From a bacterium (GTDB lineage: Bacteria > UBA8248), in NCBI GenBank assembly GCA_965204535.1, contig CBDBEV010000001.1, forward strand, positions 1,216,001-1,280,000: a stretch of DNA of 64,000 bases, read 5' to 3'. The notes beneath the pieces are model-generated. The model did not search any database, was not told the origin of the DNA, and saw nothing but the letters and a program-made list of their open reading frames with translations. A program made the translations under genes and the position numbers. Positions 39,052 through 49,766 of the stretch are shown here, one piece after another (the first letter of the stretch is position 1; every line of letters starts with the position of its first letter).

Positions 39052-39088
39052 CTTTCTGGCCTCTGGGTAGTCGTGGGAAAGGTAAGGA

Positions 39089-39826
39089 TTAGTGGAAGTA
39101 ATTGCCGCCGTTCACCAAGAGGGTCTGGCCGGTGACGTAGGCGTTTCGGAGCATCATCATGACGGCGTCGACCGTCTCCTCCACCGTTCCGTACCGCGCC
39201 ATCGGCGTATTCGGCGTAGAACCGCGCAGGTCCTGTGTCGTCATGTCGGTGTCGATGATGGCGGGCGCCACGCTGTTCACCGTGACGCCTTCTTTCACGA
39301 GGGCGGCGGCGTAGCCGTGGGTGAGGCCGTGCATGCCCGCCTTCGAAGCCGCGTAGTGCGGCCCGACGCGTCCGCCCGTGAAGGCGGCGTTCGATGAGAC
39401 GTTGACGATTCTCCCCCACCGCGCCGCCCGCATGTCGGGCAGGACGGCCTGCGTGAGCAGAAACGCGGATTTGAGATTCACGGCGAGCGTGGCGTCCCAG
39501 TCCGATTCGGTGAGTTCGTCGAAAGGTTTCGTGATGGCGATCCCTGCGTTGTTCACGAGGATCGAGACGGGGCCGAAGCGTTTTCTCGTTTCCTCCACCA
39601 GGCGGCGCGCGTCTTCGGCCTGCGATACGTCCGCCTGGAAGATGAAGGCCGCACCGCCCGCGTCTTCTATCTGGCGGCGGGTCTCCTCCGCCTCGTCCGT
39701 GCGCTCGCGGTAGTTCACCGCCACGCGGCAGCCCGCGCTCCCCAGGGCCAGCGCGCATCCGCGCCCGATGCCCCGGCTCGCGCCGGTGACGATACAGGTT
39801 TTTCCTTTCATAAGGTCTGGCGACAA
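39089..39826 (-). CDS. SDR family oxidoreductase (FabG-like)
   Basis: TGASRGIG, NNAG and YAASK motifs. Confidence 0.9.
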   Translation of the reverse strand: MSPDLMKGKTCIVTGASRGIGRGCALALGSAGCRVAVNYRERTDEAEETRRQIEDAGGAAFIFQADVSQAEDARRLVEETRKRFGPVSILVNNAGIAITKPFDELTESDWDATLAVNLKSAFLLTQAVLPDMRAARWGRIVNVSSNAAFTGGRVGPHYAASKAGMHGLTHGYAAALVKEGVTVNSVAPAIIDTDMTTQDLRGSTPNTPMARYGTVEETVDAVMMMLRNAYVTGQTLLVNGGNYFH

Positions 39827-39937
39827 CGGCGCGCCTCCCCGGAGTGTGAAAGCCCCATCCTAATTCATCCGCCCTGATAAGGGCAGTCGCGGCGCGGAAT
39901 TTTATCGTTTCGGGGCCGTGGTGGTATATTGAGCGCT

Positions 39938-40954
39938 ATGAGCGGAGACAACATTCGTTTGGCTTGCGTCGGTCTGGGCCGCTGGGCCGGCGTGCTGGCG
40001 GAGGGGGTCCGGAAAACGCCGGGGCTTCGAATCGCCGCCTGCCATACGAGGTCGGACGAGCGCAAGGAAGCTTTCGCCGAAAAATACGGTTGCAGGCCCT
40101 GTCCCGATTATGCGGCCATACTCGAAGACCCGGATATCGACGCCGTCCTCCTCACCACACCCCACAGCGCGCATAGGGATCAGGTCTGCGCGGCGGCCCG
40201 CGCCGGGAAGCACGTGTTTGTCGAAAAGCCGATCGCCGTCACGCTCGATGACGCCCGCGCCTGCGTGGAAGCGTGTCAGAGCGCGGGCGTCGTCTTGATG
40301 GTCGGGCATTGCTGGCGCTGGGTGGCGTCGGTCCAGAAGGCGAAGGCGCTAATGGATGAAGGCGCCCTCGGCGAGGTGACGCAGGCGGCGGGGCATTTCG
40401 GCAACCCGCGCGCCCGCAACTACGGCAGGGAAATCTGGCGCGACGACCCGGAAGAATCCCCTCTCGGGCCGTTCACGGGGCCGGGGTTTCACCTTCTGGA
40501 TATCCTGAAGTACCTCCTGGGGCCGGTCGAGGAAGCATTCGCCGTACTGGAGCGGAAGATGGCGTCGGGGCGGATACCGGACACCGCTTCGGGCGCGCTC
40601 CGGTTCGCCTCAGGCGTAACCACACAGGTGAGTTCGAGCTTCGTGACGCCGCGCCGCTACCAGCTTTCCCTGTTCGGCACCGAGGCGAATCTCTACGTGA
40701 ACGCGGACCCGGGGGGCGGAACGCCCGCAGCACCCGCCCTCGTCATCCACAGGCGGGGCGAAGAGGCGCCGGAGGTCCTCGCGGTCGAGAAGACCGACAT
40801 GATCGCCCGACACATGGCATCTTTCGTGGACAGCGTCCGCGGTGATGCGCCCCCGTTCACCGACGGGCGGGAGGGAGCCTCCCTCGTCGCGCTGCTCTGC
40901 GCCATGCTCGCCTCATCGAAGGCGGGGGGATGGGCGCAAGTGGAAACGCCTTGA
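39938..40954 (+). CDS. Gfo/Idh/MocA family oxidoreductase
   Basis: VGLGRWA, GKHVFVEKP and HLLD motifs. Confidence 0.88.
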   Translation: MSGDNIRLACVGLGRWAGVLAEGVRKTPGLRIAACHTRSDERKEAFAEKYGCRPCPDYAAILEDPDIDAVLLTTPHSAHRDQVCAAARAGKHVFVEKPIAVTLDDARACVEACQSAGVVLMVGHCWRWVASVQKAKALMDEGALGEVTQAAGHFGNPRARNYGREIWRDDPEESPLGPFTGPGFHLLDILKYLLGPVEEAFAVLERKMASGRIPDTASGALRFASGVTTQVSSSFVTPRRYQLSLFGTEANLYVNADPGGGTPAAPALVIHRRGEEAPEVLAVEKTDMIARHMASFVDSVRGDAPPFTDGREGASLVALLCAMLASSKAGGWAQVETP

Positions 40955-40996
40955 GGGTATCAGGCAGCATAGGATTTTATTGCCCGCCTCAAGAAA

Positions 40997-41881
40997 TCAT
41001 TTCCCCCACACGACGGCCCATGCGCCCAGCACCGAGCAGGCACCGCCGATGATGACCTGCGCGCTCACGCACTCCTGTTTCCGGAAGAACAGCCAGGAGA
41101 AGAGGATGACGATCAGGATCGAGAGCCGGTTGATGGGCACGACCTGAATGACCTCGCCGTCCTTGATCGCCCACCAGAAGAAGAACGCGGCCAGAAAGTT
41201 GCATATCGCGCCCAAGGCTGTGATTGTAAGTGAATGGCGGGTGAAGGGGCTGCTTTTCATCTGGAGCGCCGGGAAGAAAAAAGCGCTCGCGAGCAGGAGC
41301 GTGAGGGTCGTCATGTTCGAGACGCCCATCCCGAGCGTGACCGAGGGAATGTGGACGAAGCCGTATTTCCTCACGATGTGGGAGATGCTCGCAAACGCAG
41401 CGCCCGCCACGGGAATGAGGTAGTAGGTGAGGGGGATGCGTCTCTGGGTGGCTTTCCTGTCGTAAAGGAGCAGGACGCCGCCCGCCATGATGCCGAGCGT
41501 TCCCAGCGTCACGAGGGGGGTGAGCCTCTCGCCCAGCAGAATCACGGCCAGTCCCGAGGACCAGACGAGGCCCGTCTGCGTCAGGATGGGCGTGCGGGCG
41601 AGCCCCACGAGCTTGATGGATATCATCCCCATGTAGCGCCCGCCCAGCCCGCCGACGGTCCCCACGAGAACGAACCACAGGATTCCGTAGAGCGGCCAGT
41701 GGTCGAGTCCCTCGCCCGCCGCATAGAGGCCGAGCGCGAAGATGGTGGTGATGATGGTCGCGATCACCGTCGTCACGAGCGGGCTCAGGCTCATGAGCGC
41801 GCCCCGGTAGAGCGTCCTGGCGACCGAGATGAAAAACGCCGAGAGAAGCGCCATCAGGTTGGGATGAAGAGAGTCGAGCAA
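40997..41881 (-). CDS. DMT/EamA family transporter
   Basis: About ten hydrophobic segments in two EamA repeats (ILLGERL, LFFRKQE). Confidence 0.8.
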   Translation of the reverse strand: MLDSLHPNLMALLSAFFISVARTLYRGALMSLSPLVTTVIATIITTIFALGLYAAGEGLDHWPLYGILWFVLVGTVGGLGGRYMGMISIKLVGLARTPILTQTGLVWSSGLAVILLGERLTPLVTLGTLGIMAGGVLLLYDRKATQRRIPLTYYLIPVAGAAFASISHIVRKYGFVHIPSVTLGMGVSNMTTLTLLLASAFFFPALQMKSSPFTRHSLTITALGAICNFLAAFFFWWAIKDGEVIQVVPINRLSILIVILFSWLFFRKQECVSAQVIIGGACSVLGAWAVVWGK

Positions 41882-42250
41882 GCGTAAAACCCAGGGTAAG
41901 AGAAAGCGCCATTATCCACCGGCGTTGAGGGCGGGGCAAGGTGTGGGCGGTAACGAGTGGGTTCGGACAGGCACGGGGGCCTGTCCCTACGGTGAATGTG
42001 ATCTTTTTCGTCATTCCGGTGTCAATACCGACTGATAAAGGAGGGATTGACGGAATCCAGGGAATTTATTTTTCGCCTTTGATTTTTTCCGCCGTTACCA
42101 CCCAATCAAAAAAGGAGGAAATGCCGCGTGATATTCGTGCTTATCGGTTCTGGATTCCGGCATTCGCCGGAATGACGGCTGTCTGAGGTTATTCAATAAA
42201 GAAGCGAGATTTGCCACCCGTAGGGACAGGTCGCGACCGGTCCCTGCAGG

Positions 42251-42970
42251 CTAGGCGGATAGATGGTGCGCGGAAGAAGTCGCCGTCCCGTTTGCGGCTG
42301 GAGCGTGACCGTTTACAGGCGCGCGCATCATCCGCTTGAGCGCGAGGACGGCGCTCTCGGGGCTGCTGAGCACCCTCGCGTCCACGCGGCGGGAGACCGC
42401 ATCCCGCGCCCGTGCCATCGAAAACTGCGCGAGCAGGACGACGTCGGCTCTTGAGTCGGCGGCAGCTTCCGTAATGAGCGCGTCGTGAGTATCAGGATCG
42501 CCTGCGTGGAGGGCGTCGAGCGCGCCCGGCACGTAGGAGTCTTCGATTGTGAGGTCGACTTTTCTTTGCGCGGCCAGCGCTTCGAGTTCGCGCCTTATCG
42601 AGGGGCCGGACGGCCGGAACGTCGAGAGAACCTGGATGCGGCCTCCAAATGCCAGCGCCTCATCGAGCATCGCCTGGTTGGGTTTCAGGACGGGAACCGG
42701 GAGCCTCGCCTGAACGGCCTCTATCGCCGGGCCGAAGGCCGAGCATGAGAAGAGAATCGCCTGAGCGCCCCCTCTATGCGCGAACGTAGCGAGCCTCTCC
42801 ACGCGCTCGTTGATCTCGGGCGTGAGGTGGCCGAACGCTTCCAGATCGCGTGAGAGGGATTCGTCGATGAGCTGGACGACCTCGGCTTCGGGCCAATGGT
42901 TTTCGGACGCGGCTTCGATAGGCGATACCGCGACGCGCGTCGCATGAACGACGCCGATGATGGTGGACAT
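42251..42970 (-). CDS. Asp/Glu/hydantoin racemase superfamily protein
   Basis: ILFSCSAFG, PVLKPN, LAQFSMA and VLSSP motifs. Confidence 0.75.
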   Translation of the reverse strand: MSTIIGVVHATRVAVSPIEAASENHWPEAEVVQLIDESLSRDLEAFGHLTPEINERVERLATFAHRGGAQAILFSCSAFGPAIEAVQARLPVPVLKPNQAMLDEALAFGGRIQVLSTFRPSGPSIRRELEALAAQRKVDLTIEDSYVPGALDALHAGDPDTHDALITEAAADSRADVVLLAQFSMARARDAVSRRVDARVLSSPESAVLALKRMMRAPVNGHAPAANGTATSSAHHLSA

Positions 42971-43139
42971 GGGTTCGGGCGTATCCTTACAAATGATGGC
43001 GTATGAATATGATGACAACGACGCGGGATTCTAGGTGAAACGGGGATTCATGGCAAGGGCGGGGCGGACACCTGGTTCCGCCCCTTCGCCAGCGTAGGGG
43101 CCGTTCGCGAACGGCCCCTACAGGCTTGGGTTCTCACAT

Positions 43140-44909
43140 CTACTTCTCAGGCACCACGGGCAGCATGATGTAGGACGCGTGCTCGGGTCCGCAGTGGAGC
43201 GTCACGTTCTTGCCGAAAATCTCCTCGGGCCTGTCCACCGGGTCGTCGTGCAGGAACGGCCCGCAGCCCCTGAACACGTTCTTCATGTTCGAGAGCTTGT
43301 GCGTGGTGACGCAGCTGTATTCGTAGTCCTTGCCGCGCACGCTGAGCGCCAGCCGGTAGCCGGGGGGCACCACGATGCAGGTGGGCCAGACCTCGATGTC
43401 GAGCTCGTATATCTCGCCCGGCGTGAGGTATTGCTTCTCGTCATGCGCCTGGTAGGGCTTCCACTCGGTCGAGAGCTCGGGCACGAGCTTTCGGTGCGAG
43501 GCGCGGAGCCAGCCCTGCGCGATGGGCGTGTTCGGGTCGAGCGTGCCCTGGAAGGTGATCTCCTTCATGTCGGGCGTGAACAGGCGCAGGACCAGAAACA
43601 AGTCCGCATCCTGGGTTTCGGATGAGACGAAGAGTTTCGAAGCCATGGGACCGGTTATCTCCGTCTCCGCATCGAAGGGCGGCAGCATAAACGTCACGCC
43701 GTCGCTGAAGCCCCCGTAGGTGATGGTCTGATCGGTGTCGAGCGGCGCGGAATCGAGGCACATTTGGGCGGGGTTCAGGTAGAACTTCGTCCACTGCGTG
43801 CGCGCCAGGGGCCACTCGTTCTCGCCGCGCTCGACGAATTTCTCCCCGACGTGGCGCACCTTGAGCATGACGGGCGGCTTCTCCATCCAGCCGGTTTCCT
43901 CGCCCTTGAGATAATGGCCGAAAAACTGCTTCTGGAGCTTCTCCCCGTAGGGGGTATAGAACTCCGTCCAGTGCTCGAAGCCGTGGACTTCCAGCCATTT
44001 CTCGGTGGACGCCGCCCGCATGAAGCCCTCGTAGTTCCCCCTCGGGTGGAGGCCCTGTCCGCCCCAGCTCGCCGCCGAGATGAAGGGCGTCTTTATCTTC
44101 TCCCAGTGGGCGGAGCGGTCCTGATACCACTCGCCGTCGAGCGGACGCTCCAGGATGTCGCCCCCGTAGTCGGAGCGGTTTTTCTCCATTTCCTCCTCGC
44201 TCAGTGTGTCGGGGCCGCAGACCAGACCGCCGTGGACGCGGCTCTTGGGGCCGTTCTCGCCCAGGCCGTGCTGCACGGACTTCACCTGCATGTCGTACCA
44301 GTTCGCGAGGAACGTGGTGAGGATGCCGCCTTGGTGGCTCATGTCGCGGTAGAAGTCCGCCGCGCCCTCCCAGACGCACATGGCTTCCAGATACTTGGGC
44401 TGCAGGCCCGCCACGTGCCACTGGTTGATGGCGTAATACGAGATTCCCGTGAGGCCCACCTTGCCGTTGCACCAGGGCTGCTCGCCCGCCCATTCGATGC
44501 AGATGGCGAAGTCCTTGGTCTCGCGCGGGGAGAAGTGGTCGATGTAGCCCGGCGAGCGGCCCGCACCGCGCGAGTCCACGCGCACGCAGATGTAGCCGTC
44601 CGGCACCCATTTCTCGGGGTCCACGACCTCCCAGCTTTGGTGGATGTTCGAGGAACCCGCGATGGCGTCGGGGTGGCCTGTGGCGAAAAGCTCCCAGGCC
44701 GTCTCGTAGCCGTCCTGCCATGCGAGGTCTTTCGCGTAGGGGCCGTAGCTCAGGATGACGGGGTATTCGCCGTCGTCATCGGGCCGGTAGACGTTCGCCC
44801 GCAGCACCAGGCCGTCTTCCATCCGGATGGGGACGTCCCATTCGATGAGAAAGCCGTGCATTTTTTCGGTTCGGTATTGCGGGTCTGTGTTCAGGTCGAT
44901 GTCGCTCAT
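43140..44909 (-). CDS. CocE/NonD family hydrolase, paralog 2
   Basis: DSRGAGRSPG, GISYY nucleophile motif and GWLRASHR. Confidence 0.88.
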   Translation of the reverse strand: MSDIDLNTDPQYRTEKMHGFLIEWDVPIRMEDGLVLRANVYRPDDDGEYPVILSYGPYAKDLAWQDGYETAWELFATGHPDAIAGSSNIHQSWEVVDPEKWVPDGYICVRVDSRGAGRSPGYIDHFSPRETKDFAICIEWAGEQPWCNGKVGLTGISYYAINQWHVAGLQPKYLEAMCVWEGAADFYRDMSHQGGILTTFLANWYDMQVKSVQHGLGENGPKSRVHGGLVCGPDTLSEEEMEKNRSDYGGDILERPLDGEWYQDRSAHWEKIKTPFISAASWGGQGLHPRGNYEGFMRAASTEKWLEVHGFEHWTEFYTPYGEKLQKQFFGHYLKGEETGWMEKPPVMLKVRHVGEKFVERGENEWPLARTQWTKFYLNPAQMCLDSAPLDTDQTITYGGFSDGVTFMLPPFDAETEITGPMASKLFVSSETQDADLFLVLRLFTPDMKEITFQGTLDPNTPIAQGWLRASHRKLVPELSTEWKPYQAHDEKQYLTPGEIYELDIEVWPTCIVVPPGYRLALSVRGKDYEYSCVTTHKLSNMKNVFRGCGPFLHDDPVDRPEEIFGKNVTLHCGPEHASYIMLPVVPEK

Positions 44910-44950
44910 GTTCACCTCATCTCGTCTGTGGGAAGTTTCATCTTCCGCGC

Positions 44951-46705
44951 CTATTTCTCGGGAATCACCGGCAGCATCACGTAGGCCTCGTGCTCCCCGC
45001 CGCAGTGGAGCGTCACGTTCTTGCCGAACACGTCGGGCGGCCTGTCCTTCGGGTCGTTGTGGATGAAGCACCCGCAGCCGGTGAACTCGTTCTTCATGTT
45101 GGAGAGTCCGCCGCCCGAGCCGCCGGGATACACGTAGTCCTTTCCGCGCACCGTGAAGGCGACCCGGTAGCCCTCGGGGATCACGATGCAGGTCGGCCAT
45201 ACCTCGATGTCGAGTTCATACACCTCGCCCGGCGTCAGGGGCTGCTCTTCATCGTGCGTGTGATACGGCCTGTAGGGCAGGGTCTTCTCGGGGTCCAGTT
45301 TTCGGTGCGAGGCTCTCAGCCAGCCCTGCGCGATCGGTGTGTGCGGGTCGAGCGCGCCCTGGAAGACGACTTCTTCCATGTCGGGCGTGAAGACGCGCAC
45401 GACCAGAAATAAGTCCGCATCCTTCGTCTCCGACGACACGAATAGCTTGGCCGCGATGGGGCCGGTGACTTCTGTTTCTTCAGATATGGGCGGCGTGATA
45501 AAGGTGACGCCCTCGCTGAAACCCGCGTAGGTCGCCGTCGCCGCCTCGGCGACGGGCGCGTCTTCAAGCGTATGGGTTTGCGCGTTCAGGTAGTATTTCG
45601 TCCACTGCGTGCGCGCCAGCGGCCATTCGTTCTCATGACGCTCGACGAAGCGCTCGCCGGGGTGGCGCACCTGGAGCAGCACGCGGGGCTGATCCGGCCA
45701 GCCGGTGTCCTCGCCTTTCAGGTAATGGCCGAAGAATTTCTTCTGCATGTTGACGCCGTAGTCGGTATAGAACTCCGTCCAGTGCTCGATGCCGTGGACC
45801 TCGAGCCATTTCTCCTCGCATCCGGCTTCCAGGAAGCCCTCGAAGTTCCCGCGCGGGTGGAGCCCCTGTCCGCCCCAGTTGGCGGAAGAAAGAAGAGGCG
45901 CCTGGATTTTACTGAAATCGGGCATACGCGACTGCCAGTATTCGTCGGTATCGAGCTTGTGGGAGAAGCAGTCCTCGCCGAAATCGTTTCGGTTCGCGCC
46001 GAGTTCTTCCTCGGTCAAGGTGATGGGGCCGGAGACCCAGTCGCCCGTAAAGCGGCTCTTGAAGCCGCGTGTGCCGAGGCCGTGCTGGACGGTGTAGACC
46101 TGCATCTCGGACCAGTTGCGCGCGAAGCCGTTGCAGAAGATGCCGCCGTGGTGGGCCATTTCCCGGTAGAAATCGGCCGCTCCCTCCCAGACGCACATGG
46201 CGGAGAGGTGAGGCGGCTGCATTCCGCCCACCTGCCACTGGTTCATGCCGTAGTAGGAGATGCCGTTCAGGCCGATCTTGCCGGAACTCCAGGACTGCAC
46301 GGCCGCCCACTCGATGCACTCGTACAAATCCTGCGCCTCGCGCGCCGACCAGATGTCGATGACGCCCGGCGAGCGGCCCGCTCCGCGCGAATCCACGCGA
46401 ATGCAGACGTAGCCGTCCGGCACCCATTTCTCGGGGTCCACGACCTCCCAGTTCTGGTATTTGTTGGTGGAGCCTGCCGGCACGTCCGGGTGTTGCTCGA
46501 CCATGCGTGTCCAGCAGGTCTCGTACAGGTCCTCGAAGTGCAGGTATTTACCATACGGCCCATACGTCAGGATGACGGGGTATTTTCCCGCATCGTCCTG
46601 GGGGCGGTAGACGTCGCAGCGCAGAACGACCCCGTCCTCCATGGGGATGGGCACGTCCCAGTCGATGCGCATTCCGTCTCTGTCTTCGGTCTTGTAATCG
46701 CTCAT
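44951..46705 (-). CDS. CocE/NonD family hydrolase, paralog 1
   Basis: Same motifs; tandem paralog of 43140-44909. Confidence 0.88.
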   Translation of the reverse strand: MSDYKTEDRDGMRIDWDVPIPMEDGVVLRCDVYRPQDDAGKYPVILTYGPYGKYLHFEDLYETCWTRMVEQHPDVPAGSTNKYQNWEVVDPEKWVPDGYVCIRVDSRGAGRSPGVIDIWSAREAQDLYECIEWAAVQSWSSGKIGLNGISYYGMNQWQVGGMQPPHLSAMCVWEGAADFYREMAHHGGIFCNGFARNWSEMQVYTVQHGLGTRGFKSRFTGDWVSGPITLTEEELGANRNDFGEDCFSHKLDTDEYWQSRMPDFSKIQAPLLSSANWGGQGLHPRGNFEGFLEAGCEEKWLEVHGIEHWTEFYTDYGVNMQKKFFGHYLKGEDTGWPDQPRVLLQVRHPGERFVERHENEWPLARTQWTKYYLNAQTHTLEDAPVAEAATATYAGFSEGVTFITPPISEETEVTGPIAAKLFVSSETKDADLFLVVRVFTPDMEEVVFQGALDPHTPIAQGWLRASHRKLDPEKTLPYRPYHTHDEEQPLTPGEVYELDIEVWPTCIVIPEGYRVAFTVRGKDYVYPGGSGGGLSNMKNEFTGCGCFIHNDPKDRPPDVFGKNVTLHCGGEHEAYVMLPVIPEK

Positions 46706-47329
46706 TCGGCCTTTCTCCTCGGCTCATCGAAGATGTTTGAGTGCAGGCGGCGCAGGGAGCCGCCGTGGAAATTTTGGTTGTCGTATCGGTGAACGCGGCG
46801 ATTATAGCGGCCTTGCGCCTCGTGATCCAGATGCGGGAGCCATTCGGGATGGGTATTTGGGCGGGGGTAAACCCGCCTGTTCGGTTTGAATACCTGCCTT
46901 GTGTGAGTATTTGTCATTCCCCTGTTGAGTGGCGTGCTGACCGGGAAGGAGCAGGCATTTGGAATCACTCCCCCTTTGAGGGGTCTGTTGAAAAACCCCT
47001 CGTCGGGGGTTATTGCCTTTAGCGGGAAGGCCGCTTTCGCGCGAACCCTGACCTCCCTCTTTGAAAGCAACCCCCCCTACCCCCCCTTGTCAGGGGGGTA
47101 TAAAAAGGCGATGCGCCCTCGCCGGGCTGAGGGGTTTTGCTTTTTCTTGCCCCCCTGACAAGGGGGGTAGGGGGGTTGTCTTTATGGGGTTTCCCTTTCA
47201 AGGGGGTTGCCATTGTCCTCTTAAGGGCTTTTTCAACAGCCCCCTCAAGGGGAGAGTGGAACTGAATACTCGTTTTTGAGGTCGCGGGGAGGACCGGCAG
47301 TCGTGCGAAAGCGCCATCTCTTCGTTCCG

Positions 47330-48652
47330 TTATCCGGCGAAGTGATCCACCGCGGCGAAACCGATACCCATCAGCGCCGCAACGCCCAGGGTTCTCATGA
47401 GAGACTGGTGCCGCCACAGGAGCATGATCGCGCTCACGATGCCGATGAGCAGAACCCGCCAGTCTAGGGTGTGCCACACCGGCGCAAGGAGTTTGACCGG
47501 GCCGATTTGCACGGACGGCAGTTCGGCGAACAGGACATGCAAGCCGAACCAGATGGAGAGGTTCAAGATGACGCCCACCACCGCCGCCGTGATCGCCTCG
47601 AGGGCGCCCTTCAGCCTCGGCTGGGCCGTGAGCTGCTCGATATAGGGCGCGCCGGCGAATATCCACAGGAAACAGGGCGCGAACGTGACCCAGAGCGTGA
47701 CCAGCGCACCGGCGATTCCCATGCTCACCCCGCCCGCACGGTATCCTGCGACGTAGCCGACGAATTCCGTGACCAGGATGAGCGGTCCCGGGGTGGTTTC
47801 CGCCAGCCCCAGGCCGTCCATCATCTCACCGGCGCTCAACCAGCCCTTGTGGGTCACCACGTCCTGCGCCAGGTAGGCGAGCACCGCGTAGGCGCCGCCG
47901 AACGTGACCACCGCGAGGCGGGAGAAGAAATTGCCGATCTGCACCAGAATATCGTAGCCGCCCAGGGCCATCATCATCAGCACCGGCGTCCACCAGATGA
48001 CCATCCATACCGCCACCGTCCTCACCGTGCCGGAGATCGACCCGCCTCCCCGTCCTGTCCCGGTCTTTTCGGTGCTCTGGCCGCCCAACAGGAAAAATCC
48101 GGCCAGGGCGGTTACCAGGATAATGACGGGGAACGGGGCCGAGAGAAAGAAGATGGCCACGAAGGCCAGGCCGGCGATGACCCAGTGCACGACGGAATGC
48201 AGCGCTCTTTTCGCCACCCGCAGCAAAGCCTCTATCACGATGATGAGAACCGCGCCCTTGATCCCCAGGAACAGCGCGGCCATGACCGGCAGGTGGCCCA
48301 CGGCCATGTAGAGCATCGCCAGCCCGAGCACCACCAATGCGCCCGGGACCACGAACAAGAGCCCCGCCAGCAGCCCGCCGCGCACGCCGCGAAGCTGCCA
48401 CCCCGCGTAGGTGGCGAGTTGCATGGCCTCGGGGCCGGGCAGCAGCATGCAGAAGCTGAGCGCGCCCAGGAACCTCGGCTCGTCGAGCCACTGCTCCTCT
48501 TCCACCAGGATTCGGTGCATGACCGCTATCTGCGCCGCCGGGCCGCCGAATGAGAGGATGCCGATGCGCCAGAATACGGAGAGCATCCGGCGCCAGGAGA
48601 TGTCGGATTCCCGATGCGCGTCACCGCCGCCGGATTCTGCGACTTCCATCAT
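47330..48652 (-). CDS. chrA: Chromate efflux transporter (long-chain CHR)
   Basis: SFGGPAAQI, LPGPEAMQLA, TFGGAYAV and ETTPGP motifs. Confidence 0.92.
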   Translation of the reverse strand: MMEVAESGGGDAHRESDISWRRMLSVFWRIGILSFGGPAAQIAVMHRILVEEEQWLDEPRFLGALSFCMLLPGPEAMQLATYAGWQLRGVRGGLLAGLLFVVPGALVVLGLAMLYMAVGHLPVMAALFLGIKGAVLIIVIEALLRVAKRALHSVVHWVIAGLAFVAIFFLSAPFPVIILVTALAGFFLLGGQSTEKTGTGRGGGSISGTVRTVAVWMVIWWTPVLMMMALGGYDILVQIGNFFSRLAVVTFGGAYAVLAYLAQDVVTHKGWLSAGEMMDGLGLAETTPGPLILVTEFVGYVAGYRAGGVSMGIAGALVTLWVTFAPCFLWIFAGAPYIEQLTAQPRLKGALEAITAAVVGVILNLSIWFGLHVLFAELPSVQIGPVKLLAPVWHTLDWRVLLIGIVSAIMLLWRHQSLMRTLGVAALMGIGFAAVDHFAG

Positions 48653-48725
48653 GGTCCTCCGTTATCCGTCGGAATCGAGGCCGCAATGATGGTGTTCGTT
48701 CTTATCCGAAAAGAAAGAATGCCCC

Positions 48726-49757
48726 TCAATCCGTGCGGTAGGCTTGCGTGATGGCCTGGCTCGAGGTGTTCCAGCCGGGTATGACGAGGCAAGACGGGCC
48801 GGGGATGCCGCCCGCGACGATGAGCAGGATGTCTTCGGGTTCGTGCACCATGGGGGCGAGGGAAGCGTCGTCGTCGTGGTCCACCCACTCCGGCCAGCGC
48901 GAGAGTTCGCGCCCCCGGTAGCGCCCGCCTTTTTTGAGGATGCCCACGGGCATTCTCGCCCGCTCGAAGAGTTCTCGCTTCACGTCCGCGCGGCTCAGGC
49001 CCCCCCTCGCCAGGATGTCGGCGTGATCGGGGGCGACGACGATCACCCAGTTCGTCTGCGTGTAGGCCGTCGTGGCACCCATGGCGCACATGGTGTGCGA
49101 GAGCGTGGTGAGTACGCCCTCGGGCTCGGCGCTCACGTCGTCCATCGCCATGCGGGGCGCCTCGGCGTTGCAGACGGTGAGGACGTTTTCATCCTCCCCG
49201 AAACCGAAATCGCCCGGCATCGCCGCCCAGGGGCTTTGCTCCTCGTTCTCGCGGACGCAGTAGGTGAATTTGGAGGGGCTGCCGAACGTGCTCATGTCCG
49301 AGACGCCCGGAATGCCGCCCCCCAGATTCATCATGATGAGTCTTATCGCCCGGCCGATGGCGGCGTTCGCGCGAAAGCCGGGGCCGAAGCACCCCGAACC
49401 GCCGTGGACGCCGATCTCCTTGGCATAGGGGCCGTTCAGTATCAGCAGGGGGCCGCCGGTGAACATCGTGGCCTGAATGCCCACGAGGTTGAAGCGTTCG
49501 ACCAGCATGGCCTCGATAGCTCCCAGCACCACGGGCAGGTATTCGGGTTTGCACCCCGCCATCAGCGCGTGAAGGGCGACGCTCTCCACCGTCGCCGTGT
49601 TCAGCGAGGGGGGGATGTCGCCCAGAACTTCGCCCGCGTCTCGGCTCGTGCCGCCCAGCATCCAGGCGAGTCGCTCGGGCGTCGGCGTCACCACGGGCAG
49701 CCCGTCCGACCAGGGCATCTCGAAGAAATACTCGAAAGGGTCTTGCGTTTCGTTCAT
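48726..49757 (-). CDS. Conserved hypothetical protein (WSDGLPVVTPT family), paralog 2
   Basis: Paralog of 21758-22783. Confidence 0.75.
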   Translation of the reverse strand: MNETQDPFEYFFEMPWSDGLPVVTPTPERLAWMLGGTSRDAGEVLGDIPPSLNTATVESVALHALMAGCKPEYLPVVLGAIEAMLVERFNLVGIQATMFTGGPLLILNGPYAKEIGVHGGSGCFGPGFRANAAIGRAIRLIMMNLGGGIPGVSDMSTFGSPSKFTYCVRENEEQSPWAAMPGDFGFGEDENVLTVCNAEAPRMAMDDVSAEPEGVLTTLSHTMCAMGATTAYTQTNWVIVVAPDHADILARGGLSRADVKRELFERARMPVGILKKGGRYRGRELSRWPEWVDHDDDASLAPMVHEPEDILLIVAGGIPGPSCLVIPGWNTSSQAITQAYRTD

Positions 49758-49766
49758 CGTGTGTCC

